From Stylophora pistillata (lineage: Eukaryota): a DNA stretch of 64,000 bases. Numbering within the stretch: position 1 is the first letter of the stretch; every line of letters begins with the position of its first letter. The notes beneath the pieces are model-generated. The model saw only the letters and a list, made by a program, of their open reading frames with translations, ran no database searches and was not told the origin of the DNA. This document shows, piece by piece, positions 37,601 through 48,870 of this stretch. The stretch lies in the NCBI RefSeq assembly GCF_002571385.2, contig NW_019218113.1:286395-350394 (forward strand), read 5' to 3'. Both the position numbers and the translations under genes were made by a program.

Positions 37601-40566
37601 TCGTCTTGAAAGGCCGCACTTTACCCTTCTAAGCCGGAAACTTGACTGAAAAAGCCCAAATTGCTTCTTGTTAGAGTTGATTCGACTCTTGCAAGAAAAG
37701 CGTTTGCCCTGCCTATGTTTACAGCCGAGTTCACTGCCTGTCGAACGTGAATATGACTTCCTGGTATTAAGCCCAGGTCCGTTAACACTGAAGTGTTATC
37801 ACTGTAAATTGTGGTAACGAAACGACGGTTTATGGTCCGCCTTTTGAAGCCATTGTAAGTAGCATTTTAGTTACTGGTAGAAAAAGGTTTTTGCTGCAAA
37901 ACACGAAATCATAGGGATCGGTGTAAAATGATATGCATAAAAACATTTGCTTTGAAGAGGCGACTTTTGATATGTGCGGTAACATTCTTCAGAAACTATT
38001 TTCAAAATAAGATGCGAACTAAACAGGATCAGTTGAAGAATGTCTAAGCCACAAACATTTGCTGTACAAAAATGACTTTTTTTGTTCTGTAGCATTTCTC
38101 AGAGATTATTTTCACCATTATATGAGAACTATTTGAAATTTGAAATTTTGATTCGGAACCATTTAATTCACCTTGAGTTCTTGAACAAAAAATTAAGCTA
38201 AGAGTTAATTTCAGAGTATCCACTACGTAATAAATGATTGCAGGTAGTTTAGAGAGATTGAGGATCGAGAAAAGGTATCTTGAAAGCCATGTTGGGCTCA
38301 AAAGAAGGAGTGTTCCACACCAGTGTATATGGTGTGATTTGGTTTGACAGTAGGTTGTTTTGAGAAGCCAGTCTCACGTGACCCTAACGCGGGAAAATTC
38401 GTCACGTAATGGCTCGCGGGACTAACAATTTAAATCAAATCAAATCAAATCAAATCGTTTTTAAGACATGTTTCTTAATCGCGGGACTGAATAACAAAAA
38501 AGGGTGGAGAATGTCATAGGCGTCTAGGTGACATCTAGGTATAAGTTTCGTTCACTCGTTCGAGTAACGAGTGGACAAAAACCTTGAACCGAGATGATTT
38601 ACATTGTTTTGCAAACGTCTGTGCGGCTGTTTAGAATATCGTCTAAAAAAATGCGTTACTAACATCACCAAATGTCCACAAAAAATTTCTCGAGGTCTGC
38701 GCTTTCGAAGTCTGCGTCTTCGAGGTCTGCGTTCTCGAGACACCCTTCTTCTTCTGTCAGAGTGAAGCTATGTTTTGTCGAACACTCAAAGTTTTCATCT
38801 TGCTGAGCTCTGGTTATTTGATCGGCAGCCGGTCAAGGTTCTCAAACGACTGCGTGATGTGTCATCGAATATTTTTCGGAAAATGTAAAAAATCGAGAGA
38901 ACCTACACATCCAAACTATTATATGTCAATGAGGAACTTCTTAGCGACCCAAAGTGATTTATAAATCTCATGTCTGACGTTCAATCATGTTTAAAGGAGG
39001 GCTCAGAGTACGAAGCCATGGATATTGCTAGGTGCTCCGTCTGAGGATGGGGTGTTGAACTCTTTTACAGACCATCCTTATGGCATTTCCTTTGTTATAA
39101 GTAATAATTTCATTTTGTTAATTGCCATTAAATCGCAATAAATCAATAAATTGAAGATGTAGACACTTAGAAATTGAGAGAAGTCGACTGCCGTCCACGG
39201 TTTTCAAATACTATTAACCAGCCGACCAGCAGTCGGAAGTGTTTTGAAAAAGTAAAAAGGAAATCGAAACAACTTATAAAATCCAAACTATTTTATGTCG
39301 ATGAAGAACTGCTAGGCGTCCTTGAGGAGATTCATAAATCTCAAATATATAGCCCTCGGTTTACGTTGACTCAGAAAACTGAGAAATTGCGCAAGGTCGA
39401 CCGTCGGTCACGGGAGATGACAAAGCGTCGAGCGCTACTTCATGGAGTACCCTATGGGGTATCTAAATGGACAACCCCTAAAATCCATTTATTGGTCAAA
39501 TAAAATACTTTGCAAAAATGGTAAATCGTTTAGATGTATATATCTTAATGTATTTTGGCTTGCCAGCTCTCTGACAGTCACAGTTTGGTACAGTTCATTT
39601 TTTTTGGGAGGGGGGGGTAGGAGGCTCTCAGTCGTACTGGTTCCTTCATTTTGGTTTTACCCCTGTGTAATGAGTCTTTTGACCGAAGAGATAAAAAAAC
39701 TCCACATGATGAATAAAACCCACTGTTTTGAGCTCTGAACGAGGTAAAATATTTAAGCTTACTACATTTTCTAAATNNNNNNNNNNACGGTTCCAAGCAA
39801 TTTATAAAATTTGTGAAAAGCAGCATGCAGATTAACTCTTACAATATAGTCAAAATTATAAATCCAGCAACAAGAAAGCTGTAATCACAAGGTCACTACT
39901 AGACAAATTGAAATAAATAAAGCAATACGATGTAGGCACCAACTTTACTCGAGTGAGAAAGTTTAAACGCTCCTCTCAGTTTCTTTCAGATAAAAAATTG
40001 GAAATGAATTTTAATTAAAATTTACATCAAATCAATCAAAACATGCTGTCATGATATATTTAAGGTTATTGAAAGCTTTCATTTTTATTGATGAGAATTA
40101 CGGATTAAAATGATATTTTATATGAAGAGTGCAGATAACAGAAATAGAAACTTTCATTGATATAAAATACATCACCACCTTCTTATATTTCAAAAAAAAC
40201 ATACCGAGAGCTGTACTATTAAGAAATGTAGTGATATATTAAAACTGACCGTGGTTATATCATAAGCTAAAATGGCATTAAAACTTGAAAATCTGATGAT
40301 CACATTTCAGATTTTAAGATGATTGCATCTCGATTTCTTCAGCCACACAACTACAAGTTTCACAGCATAGGAACACATTTATCATGGGCGGAGATTTAAA
40401 TAATTCCAATATTGTTGCAAGCGCCAAACTTGACTTCATGAAAAGTGTCCTTATGTTAGGTTATGTTGCTCACCACAAGAAAGAAAAGAGACGTACCTAC
40501 TTCCAGAAAGTGTTGCTGAGCATTGAAGAGAAAATATGAGGAGACTATTATGTACAACAACCTCAT
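16602..40566 (-). CDS. RTK paralog B: SP-IgV-IgI-IgI-SEA-TM-tyrosine kinase (RET/FGFR-like catalytic domain), 19 exons, 859 aa, with a premature TAA at 20651-20653
   Basis: GT-AG, phase-consistent exons: 40566-40497, 33541-33170, 32350-32084, 31147-30914, 29730-29627, 28595-28516, 27972-27809, 26059-25940, 25540-25522, 24351-24309, 23793-23502, 22949-22839, 21674-21484, 21329-21207, 21048-20978, 20675-20635, 20430-20334, 17847-17748, 16682-16602 (total 2580 nt). Motifs: [44 protein letters not shown]: [27 protein letters not shown] followed by KRRKR. Confidence 0.88.
16770..17391. mobile_element. Non-autonomous hAT-like element in RTK-B intron 18
   Basis: TAGG..TCCAGATTC termini, 8-bp TSD TCAATGGT/TGAATGGT, and AAAAGTTGC subrepeats. 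Confidence 0.7.
17955..18001. repeat. (GAT)n microsatellite
   Basis: ~15 GAT/GAG/GAA units. Confidence 0.9.
18102..20234. mobile_element. 2.1-kb non-autonomous TIR element in RTK-B intron 17
   Basis: Perfect inverted core GACCATAAATATCGAGAATCCGCCGA (18112-18137 / 20199-20224). Confidence 0.75.
22215..22605 (+). mobile_element. LINE (CR1/L2-like) 3' fragment containing a 25-bp tandem repeat (~22415-22516)
   Basis: Translates as [26 protein letters not shown], a typical non-LTR RT C-terminal motif. The AT-rich tail contains ~4 copies of TTATATTTTTGTAATATAATTACGC. Confidence 0.6.
24690..25262. mobile_element. Complex insertion: Penelope-type repeat, a ~290-bp copy of 27963-28253, then a second copy of the repeat 3' end
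   Basis: The 17-bp direct repeat CATTTAAATTACTGCCT lies at 24673-24689 and 25263-25279. An ~84-bp block is duplicated at 24790-24873 and 25176-25259. A hammerhead-like core CCGACGAAGGGCTAACGCTCGAAACGTC starts at 24728. Confidence 0.8.
26288..26713. mobile_element. Kolobok-like MITE with TTAA target duplication
   Basis: TTAA|AGTGCACCTAGACCCAAAAATTTTTTTCGCTTAAC ... GTTAAGCGAAAAAAATTTTTGGGTTTAGGTGCACT|TTAA. Confidence 0.8.
29281..29424 (+). mobile_element. tRNA-derived SINE (head, short gap, (ATT)n tail)
   Basis: TAGCTCAATTGG A box, GGTTCGAGCC B box, then GGACCAAC..GGTCTT; an (ATT)n run follows the N gap. Confidence 0.65.
30095..30285. mobile_element. Degenerate palindromic Penelope-type repeat
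   Basis: GCTGACGTTTGGAGCGTTAGCCCTTCG (reverse of the 24728 motif), followed by AGTTGATAAAACGAAATT..CCACCGAC..CAGTTT, homologous to 24790-24870. Confidence 0.6.
31190..31456. repeat. Two adjacent hairpin repeats (31190-31305 imperfect; 31403-31456 with perfect 19-bp arms)
   Basis: TACGTATGATGCACGATCC / GGATCGTGCATCATACGTA. Confidence 0.7.
31786..31865. repeat. 15-bp AT-rich tandem repeat (CATTAATTAATTATT), ~5 copies
   Basis: Direct periodicity in the sequence. Confidence 0.85.
34541..35683 (+). mobile_element. Internally deleted hAT transposon with a CGGBP1-like zinc-finger remnant
   Basis: Perfect 21-bp TIR TAGGCCTTTCCCGATTGCGCT and 8-bp TSD AAGGCGAC/ATGGCGAC. Positions ~35325-35525 read [15 protein letters not shown](fs)[30 protein letters not shown]. 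Confidence 0.8.
35122..35272 (+). mobile_element. SINE 3' fragment inserted in the hAT element
   Basis: GGTAGGAGACGTTAATTTCCCA.GCACGAG is shared with the reverse complement of 3320-3400; ends in a TATG-type tail. Confidence 0.65.
36677..38745. mobile_element. 2.07-kb element with long diverged inverted arms (MuDR-like, GGGTG termini)
   Basis: 36677-36830 mirrors 38598-38745, and 37105-37225 mirrors 38375-38530. The internal remnant [27 protein letters not shown] resembles a transposase-associated zinc finger (inference). Confidence 0.7.
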
Positions 40567-41666
40567 AATTCTTGGATATCAGAATTCTGTTGAACGTGGG
40601 CTCCGGCCGTAGAGGAAGTAGACTCCAGGGCCGCTCGACCCTAACGGTACCCAACTAGCCTCAGACTAGTAGAAATTCAATTTTTGCAAGAGGCTTTCGC
40701 TTTCCACTAGCGACTTTGGCCAGTATCCAAACTCAAATTAAACGCGCTACTTTCGTCTTTTTCAAGGAAGACAAACACAGACACCTTTCTCGAAATTTCA
40801 TTGTAGCGTATCACGTTACCGGGCAAGTGCTGTTCAACACGTATGCAAATTTTAGTCTGTTTACTTTTAGCTGTGTGGCACGTAGAGATCGTTTTCACTT
40901 AACGTCATCAGACTCCAAAATTTAAAACTAAAGAGCCTCGAAAATTTTTATCCTCAGCAGGCATAAGGGGGTTTCAATTCACATCTATTTTCAACTTTTC
41001 AGCTCAACAGCGTGCTTGGTTCGGAAACCAGCGCAGTTTGAAGCTTAGAGTTATGGTGGTTGCGTGACTTACAGCTCCGATCGCGTTTGAGAAGAGAAGA
41101 CCAGGATTAAAAAAACCACTTAAATCAAGTTAAATCGGTAAAATAACGACACCAGGAGCAAACAACACACGTATGGAATAAGGTAAGCCACTTTTATTCA
41201 TTATTTTCACTTTTAACTATCTCTATGGATATCTTGTAGAAAATCCCATACAAATCCTTATAAATCGATATGCAAATTGTTTTTCTTGCGTGGTTNNNNN
41301 NNNNNNNNNNNNNNNNNNNNNNNNNNNNNNNNNNNNNNNNNNNNNNNNNNNNNNNNNNNNNNNNNNNNNNNNNNNNNNNNNNNNNNNNNNNNNNNNNNNN
41401 NNNNNNNNNNNNNNNNNNNNNNNNNNNNNNNNNNNNNNNNNNNNNNNNNNNNNNNNNNNNNNNNNNNNNNNNNNNNNNNNNNNNNNNNNNNNNNNNNNNN
41501 NNNNNNNNNNNNNNNNNNNNNNNNNNNNNNNNNNNNNNNNNNNNNNNNNNNNNNNNNNNNNNNNNNNNNNNNNNNNNNNNNNNNNNNNNNNNNNNNNNNN
41601 NNNNNNNNNNNNNNNNNNNNNNNNNNNNNNNNNNNNNNNNNNNNNNNNNNNNNNNNNNNNNNNNNN

Positions 41667-44123
41667 TCAAAATTGGTAACCCTCAAGCCGAAAAAAAATT
41701 TGGTTTTCACGAGACCGTACGAGCGTTCGCACAGAGAACAGGCACGCTGGTGTGCATATGTGGGTGACTAAGAATTCGGGTGTGTCTGCAGTAGTAAACA
41801 TATGAACAACCTGAGATAGTGCGTCTACTCGAACATGGTGACCCAGTGCAGTGTAACGCGGGTATAACCCGTGGGCATAACACGAGGCCTTCACGTGAGA
41901 TAGCTGGACAGGGATGAAAAACATCTGCGCATGCGTGACGTGAGCATGTTGAAGTTGTCGTTGGCGCGGTTTTCGATCGTTTGATTAACTGTGTATTCGT
42001 GGTATTTTGCCTTTCAAAGTGGAATGTAAGAACGCTATTTGAAAACAAGTTCTGCTAACTGTAGTCTTCGATATGTTAAACGTGTTATTTTGGGAAATGT
42101 TGTTGCTTGCTATAGAGCTAACAAGTTCCGGAATTCAATACTCGGTAAAGAAGCCCATTGTGAGCTTAATTTCTTTGAGTATAATTGATCTCTATCTTAG
42201 ATAATAAACTGACATTGAAATTAATGGAAGGTAAACAGTACCATGCTTTAATAATAAAGGTGAATCTCTTACAAAATAGAGCTTTTTATCAAGGCGAAGC
42301 GAAAGCACACCTAACCTACACGGCTCTACATGAGCAAATTCAAATCGATGCATGATATCGCGTTACCCCATGCTTAGCTCAAGCACAGGTTACAAATTGC
42401 TTTACATATCACATCGGAAAAACTTAGCATTCGTTACAGTCCGAAGGTTGTATTGGAAATTATTGATTTCCCATAGCATGAGAGAAGCTCTCATGAACGC
42501 TGCCACTCAGCAAAAGCCACATGAGATCTACTGTTCTCGCGAAAGCGCTATCCAAGAGAAAAATTCTTTGGGAATTTGGAATAAATAGAAAGGTGCTGGA
42601 ACTCAAAATGAAAACAGAAGCCGGAATCGCTTCAGGTTGAATGCTGACAGGGAGTTCGGGACCCATAGTGGTATGACCGATGAAATGGTTCATTGCCGTA
42701 GGGATTTGAAGAGCTTGTAGGACACCAGGGGTCTGAGGTGAGTTTTGTTTGATTAAATCCTAGATCCTGCTGCCCAGTAAGATTCCTTAAACAATTATCT
42801 GGTACACCCACGTCTGACTCAGTAGACTGGTTATTAAAGAAACAACCACTTTGGATGAATAAAACAATTTTCTAAGCATTAAGGTAATGAGTGTTCATGA
42901 GTTGCTTCCTCTTCTGCCAACAATTGCTGACTGTGAAACAGTGCTCAGAAAGAACCAAAAAGTGACATTACCACGTTTATGGTTGCGTGCCGCGGGTCTC
43001 TGGCACTCGCGCAGACGTTTTTTGTCCCTATCAGCCAGCTGACAGCCCGCATAAGTGGTGGTTTTGAGCGTGAAATCACTTTTCAGTAATTTGCGAAGTT
43101 ATTATATTGGTAGAAAAAAGCTATGTCATCTTGAATAAATAACCTCACATCAAATTTGTAGGGAAATAGAAAAAGAAGTCAAATCGTAGAGCAGTCGTGA
43201 ACGACACGAAGAAGATGATGATAATGACTTTAATTAAACTCGGATGAAAATGAGGCTTGTTAGGCCTCTAGCAATAAAGATGCTAATATACCGGGGAAAA
43301 ATATATGAATAATAATTACAGAAATTGCAAATTACTTAGCTTCCTGGGGAGAGTGAGAAAGGACTCGACCAAATGAACAGAAACACGGGAAAGAGGAAAG
43401 GTTCACAATCAATAACTTAGACGGGTTTTTACATGTCAATATTGTAAAAATCAAATTACCGCGTTTAACTTCCTTGTGAATATGAACATCGCTGACTCAA
43501 CCTAACTAACATTTCAATTCACGGAATGGCCATTGATTCAAATTTAAGGGTAAGACCACGCATCTTAAACGTATGAGCGAATTTTTTAACTAGATAACAA
43601 ATAAACCGTGCGGCATTACTGAGATTTATGTTCTGAACGCCTACTCAATCACCAAAATTCACCCTCAAAACCACTGCCTACGCGGGCTTTGCATCAGCTG
43701 GCCCAAGGAAGCCCTCGTGTTATGGCCTCGTGTTAAGCCCTTGTGTTTTACCCTCGTGTTATACCCTCATGTTCTGCCTACGCCTTGAATTTCCGTATAC
43801 TGCACTGTGTCACCGCATTCGAGTATGCGCACTTGATCGGGTTGCTCCTTTGTTTACCAGCGCAAGCGAACCCAAATTTTTATTCATACGTATGCACGCA
43901 TGTGTATTCTCCTCTCCTTTTCCCCAGGGGTTCACCTTTTGCGTATTCACTGCTAGGATTTGTGCCAGCAAGTGTTCGCGCATGCTAAAAGTAGCACCTC
44001 GTACGTACGAACAGTCGTACGATAACAAGATTTTTCCGAGTTTTCACTAAATTTTTGGGCGTGATGGGTTACTAATTTTGATAATAAAGGAGCTTCGCTG
44101 CGCGAGCTGTGAGCTTCGTTATA
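41667..44123. mobile_element. 2.4-kb element bounded by ~300-400-bp diverged inverted repeats
   Basis: TCAAAATTGGTAACCC..GTGCG..TACTCGAA..GGTGAC.CAGTGCAGT..ATAACACGAGG at 41667-41890 is mirrored at 43715-44082. The left end runs into an N gap. Confidence 0.65.
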
Positions 44124-44299
44124 AGTACTCACGCAGTTGCTGCTTTGCTACTGAACAGGGTGAGTTCTTAAAAATCATCGTCTTCATCTCATCTACCTCT
44201 CCATAAGACTAAAGCAAGATTCAAGTGATGATGTGGACGATTATTGTCCTTGTACAGAATGCAACAAATAGCCTGTCATTTGACAAGGATAATACAATT

Positions 44300-45517
44300 A
44301 TTCAGTTGCTTGGAGCACCAATGGAAATGATAATCGATCAGATTCGTCGTATTTTACTTCTCCTTTCGAAAAAAAAAGAGGATTAAAATTCAGCCGCAGA
44401 GTAATTTAAAGGGTAATGAAGATAAGAGGGATCCCCAGCCCGATGGAATGTCCAGATAGACTCACCCCACAAAATCATATTTCGAGTGAGTTCTAATGAA
44501 AGCACCGCCTGCCCCTTCTTTATCATTTTTGTAGTTCGATGCAATAATCTTTTAAGTATTTTTTTAGTTATAGATTCAGTTCAACCGTTTAATTTCAGCT
44601 TCGAGTCAGTGGGGAAAAAGGCAAATTTTGTTTCATCAGTCTACTTAGTTTCAGTATCGGGCCCAAAGTGCAGAAACAAATGGGAGCTTTATTTTCTTTC
44701 GGGGTAATTTTACCAAATATTCCCTGCAGGGAATTGTTCAGCACACTTTTAACAAAGGCAAATATTTCTTCTAAAAAATTGCAATCATTTGTATCACCAA
44801 TGCAAAGCTATGGGTTGCGCGCATTACAGTTTTGTATACAAAATCGTTCGTCGTTCCAAAACTAAAACTTAATATGTAAGAATATATCTAAGCTATGCTT
44901 TTCCTCACTTCCATTGTTTTTAGAGTTGCTTAATCAGCAAAGAATTAAAGTTTACGAAAAATAACTAGAGGAAATAGAAGATGTTATAAATGACCTTGGA
45001 CCTTGACTTGTTAATTGATTTAAACATTGATTATTAACTGACTATTGCCACAAATACGAAGGCACTTCTGATCAAGGACACGTGTTTTAGATCACATTTC
45101 ATTTTAGTGTAAGAAAACTTTTGTTCGTTATCTTGAGTTCGACTCGAGGTTAGCATTTGCACGAACACGGACAGTGTTAGCCATTTATTTCGTCTTGACT
45201 TTTATTTGCCGCACGAGAATATAACCTTCAGGTACTAAGACATCATTTTCAATTTGTATTTTGCTTTATTTCAATTGTAGTTTCTTTCTTGTTGTTGTAA
45301 TTTCTCGTTCTCTGAATCTTGAGCAATTTGTGCAACGTCTCAAATATGATCGGAATGTTGCCAGAAATCGTCTTAAATCTTGGTTAATGTATTTTCGTTT
45401 CAGAATTAGAATATTGATAGGATATCCTTGTGCTGGCTCATCATTCGAGGTTGTTCATACCAGAAGATGATCTCATAGGGGTTGCAATATTCATTAATCA
45501 ATCCATCCCTGCCTGTA
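44300..45517 (-). other. Paralogous copy of the RTK-B 3'UTR/downstream region
   Basis: 44306-44402 matches 15666-15763, 44731-44960 matches 16294-16545, and 45477-45513 matches 16566-16602. Confidence 0.7.
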
Positions 45518-45969
45518 TGGGANGATCAAAATACTGGTTTTGAAAATTAGCCACGATCACGGCGCGTCAAATGAGTAATCTACGTCACGGTCCCTCCCAT
45601 TGTGACGTAGATTACTCAACACACTTTTATATTTATACAGAAACCTCGTGAAATTTAGTGAAATAGTCTTAGTCTTAGTGTTATAAAAAGCAATATAGAC
45701 GATCAAAATACTGTTTTTGAAAATTAGCCACGAGCACGGCGCGTCTAATGAGTAATCTCCAAACTCGCGCCAGTCTTCTTGAGCCTGCGAAGTGATTACG
45801 AAAATTAATGGCGGAACGCTTTTCAAATCGTAATTTCTCGCCCTAGAATTGACTTTTAACTAAAGTTATTATTGAAAAGGCTTTATTAATCACTAAAAAT
45901 TGATATTATGATGAAATAACTGAATTCTTCGGGTTTTCAAATTAGGGCGGTTTCATCAGTGCTCCTTTA

Positions 45970-46540
45970 AACAGGAACATCACATTTAGCATAGCTCCTG
46001 CGAAACAAAATTTGACAGAACAAAGTTACACATAAAATTGACAGAAAAAAAGTAAAACTCATTAAACAAAATATATGCAAAGTCTACATAACTAATTAGA
46101 TCTGTTTAAAAAACCGCTTACACTCAGTTTTAAAAGTTTCAAGGCTTTGCCGCGATCTTATTGCTTTGGGTAGATTATTAAAAGTGCACCCACCATTATA
46201 TCGAAAATTGCCTTGATCATGATATTTAATGCCTTTGGCCAAAGGAGGACGAATAAAATCCCTATACCTGGTATTATATGTATTATATTTCTTATTTTGA
46301 GTAAAATCACATAATAAGTAGGAAAGTGCTATGCCGTTCATAGATTTGAGGACCAACATGCAGTTACGATAGTCTCTACGAGACTGAAGGCTAGGCCAAC
46401 CAAGAATACGAACAATATCTGTTTCACTCACAGCCTTATTTAAGATGATACTCGCCGCACGCCTATTAAGCTTATCAAGGTACCCTTTAGATACAGCCCC
46501 ACAATTATCCCATACAACTGAGCTGTAGTCAAAAAGGGGA
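45970..46540 (-). mobile_element. LINE (CR1/L2-like) 3' fragment: RT C-terminus plus 3' UTR
   Basis: PLFDYSSVVWDNCG..LDKLNRRAASII..LGWPSLQSRR..YNTR..FRYNG...FNNLP..IR....ETFK..CK. Confidence 0.85.
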
Positions 46541-46920
46541 GTATCATTCAATCCACGGCTCTTCCTCAGGTAACCCAGCAGGTCTCCGAAAGAAATATAC
46601 TCGATCAACGCAAGTAGGTTCTCTGAAAAAAAAAAAAGGAAGTTGTTCTATTGAGAAGGAGTCTTGCAAAATACTACCAATGATATTCTGCTTTTTTTTT
46701 AGAAAAACAAAAAAATCTACAGAACTAGAGCTAACAAGTGCAATTTAGTTTGCCTCATTTGTATTTTACAGACAAAATTTATCGTGAAAAGTTAAAGAAA
46801 GCAACTCACTAGTTTCTGAAACACATCCCAGAAGTTTTACGACGTGTGGATGGGGTTCTAGTTACTTCATCGTTTCAAGTTCTTTCAACAAATCTCTCCT
46901 GTCCGATTCCGAGGCGCTAT
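46541..46920 (-). pseudogene. RTK kinase exons 12-13 of a further paralog (46920-46810 with TAA at 46862-46864; 46622-46541 cut by the LINE)
   Basis: [36 protein letters not shown] and [27 protein letters not shown]. Confidence 0.85.
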
Positions 46921-47421
46921 CTACATGTAAAGATTAATTTCTAAAGTCATCGAGTATATTAATAACCATATATTGATAACTGTGCGAGTTACTCAGTCAA
47001 AGGTTAAAGATCACGATAAAAGAAATCCCTTTGCCTATTCTAAAAATTGGGAAACTTGTAGTAACTATCGAAAGTTTCGCACATTCGAGGTTACTTAGGA
47101 TTCATAGCCATATAAAAGCGAAAAGAAAAAACGCAGTAAAAGTTAGTTGCAGTTGAAGTTTGTTATCATCCCCTNGAGCAACTCAAACCTGAAAGGTCAG
47201 CGTTGGTTGCGCAGAAAAGCAAAATCGGAGCAACCAAGGGTCACTTTCGATACTCAATTAAAAACTGCTTTTAAGGTGAAATTTATTGAAACCTTAAACC
47301 AAGTGTCAAATCCTTCATGGCGACGCCGTTATCAAGTATATGTGACGGTGGTAGATTCAACAATGAAACTTTTAAAAGGAAAGTAGAAAACAGAGAGTCT
47401 TTGCAAAATCTTAAATTCTAC

Positions 47422-48870
47422 CTTAGCCTGATTTTCCATTTCTTTCAGTTCGTTCCTCAAATCCTCGAAAGATGGTCTCAAGTTAGGGTCATCTTTCCAA
47501 CAGTTTGTCATTATGTCATACCTAAAAGACAAACATGTACACGTCATGAATATCTTAATATGTCATTGGTCACTTCCCACCTCCGTGGTTGTCCTTCGAA
47601 ATGAAAATTCGTTCTTGCGCTGGTTTTACAATAACCCTAGTAAATTACATATCAGATAAAAGCTTAAAAAATGCAGTTTAAGAAAAAAAATATGTATATA
47701 TAATTTGGGCGAGTTTTCCTTTAAGAAAGTGTCAGGATCCGATAGGGCTGAGGATTTTTCAAATGAATTTATCCGGTATCCAATGCCGCAGCACAAGCAA
47801 AGTCGCATTCACAAGGCCGCAATCAACAAAAGTGTGTCAGACTTTTTCGATNNNNNNNNNNNATTACGATTCGAGGCGTTTGTAAATGTTTTTGTATAAA
47901 GGTTGGTATTTGCATAAATGAAAGGAAACATTGTTTTAATTAAACTTTATGTTTGACAAATTTTAGGTTTTGGAATTTTTATTTCTCCACGAGCAAGATT
48001 TTTCCAGAAGCAAAGGGCTTCCACGAATGAATTTTGTTTAGTGCGTGATCATAAAATTTGCAAAGAACATGAAAATGAGCGGTTGGCGCGAAAGAAGTAG
48101 TCCTTCTTTCGTTTCCATTGAGTGGGCTGGTTCAACAAGTAAAAATGGTGTAATCTCAAGGCTTCCGTGCAACTCGGACGAAATCTATCAAAAGCAGGAG
48201 AAATACTATTGTGCGAGAAAAGAAATCATGCAGAGATAAAAAAAAGAAAGCAATTACAACAACAACAAGATATTATCATACAACTTATCATCCACATGTT
48301 GTGGTTTAGGCATTCTGTATCCCTCTTGAATTCGAAGTAGGTTTACAATTTTCTCTTGCATCTATCCGCGGATACGGTGAATCACCTAAAAGAGAGTATC
48401 TAAGCTGACATACTGTAAAACGAAAGGCTCCACATATGCAAAAATAGTTTCACACAACACTATCATTTTTGTATCATCGATCTTTTTTTTTTTTTCCGGC
48501 CAAGTCCAGCGACCGTGGCAATCTGAAGAACCTTGACAATTCTGATACAAGTCACCAAAACCAAATTCTCCAGAGAGAGACGACTTGAAAGCACAAATGC
48601 TTCGAATTACGAGAACCGTGATGTAACGAGAGATTCTGAAATGGGTTCATTGAGCCTGTTTACTTTTAACAGTCAACCTCGTGAAGCATCCTCAGCCAGG
48701 TAGACCAAGGCATGCAGTAAAGTGAGTCTTTCTTAAATTATTCGTACCCTGGTTTGTTTTTCGTAAATGTCATCCTCTTGAACTTTTCTGGTCATACCAA
48801 AGCTTGTCAATTTGCATGTTTGCCCTTCTCCAACTAACACATTACAAGCTGCAAGATCTCGATGAATAAC
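47422..48870 (-). pseudogene. RTK paralog C kinase remnant: exon 14 (48870-48748), exon 17 (48385-48282, +7 nt frameshift), exon 18 (47521-47422); exons 15-16 deleted
   Basis: [41 protein letters not shown] and [33 protein letters not shown]. The flanking introns align with RTK-B. Confidence 0.85.

Noticed and set aside
40249-40345. Alternative first exon for RTK-B
   Set aside because: No open phase-1 frame from an ATG; 40566-40497 fits cleanly.
16602-40566. Assigning the gene symbol FGFR or RET
   Set aside because: The kinase is similar, but the ectodomain (V-I-I-SEA, no acid box, no cadherin repeats) matches neither; orthology needs a phylogeny.
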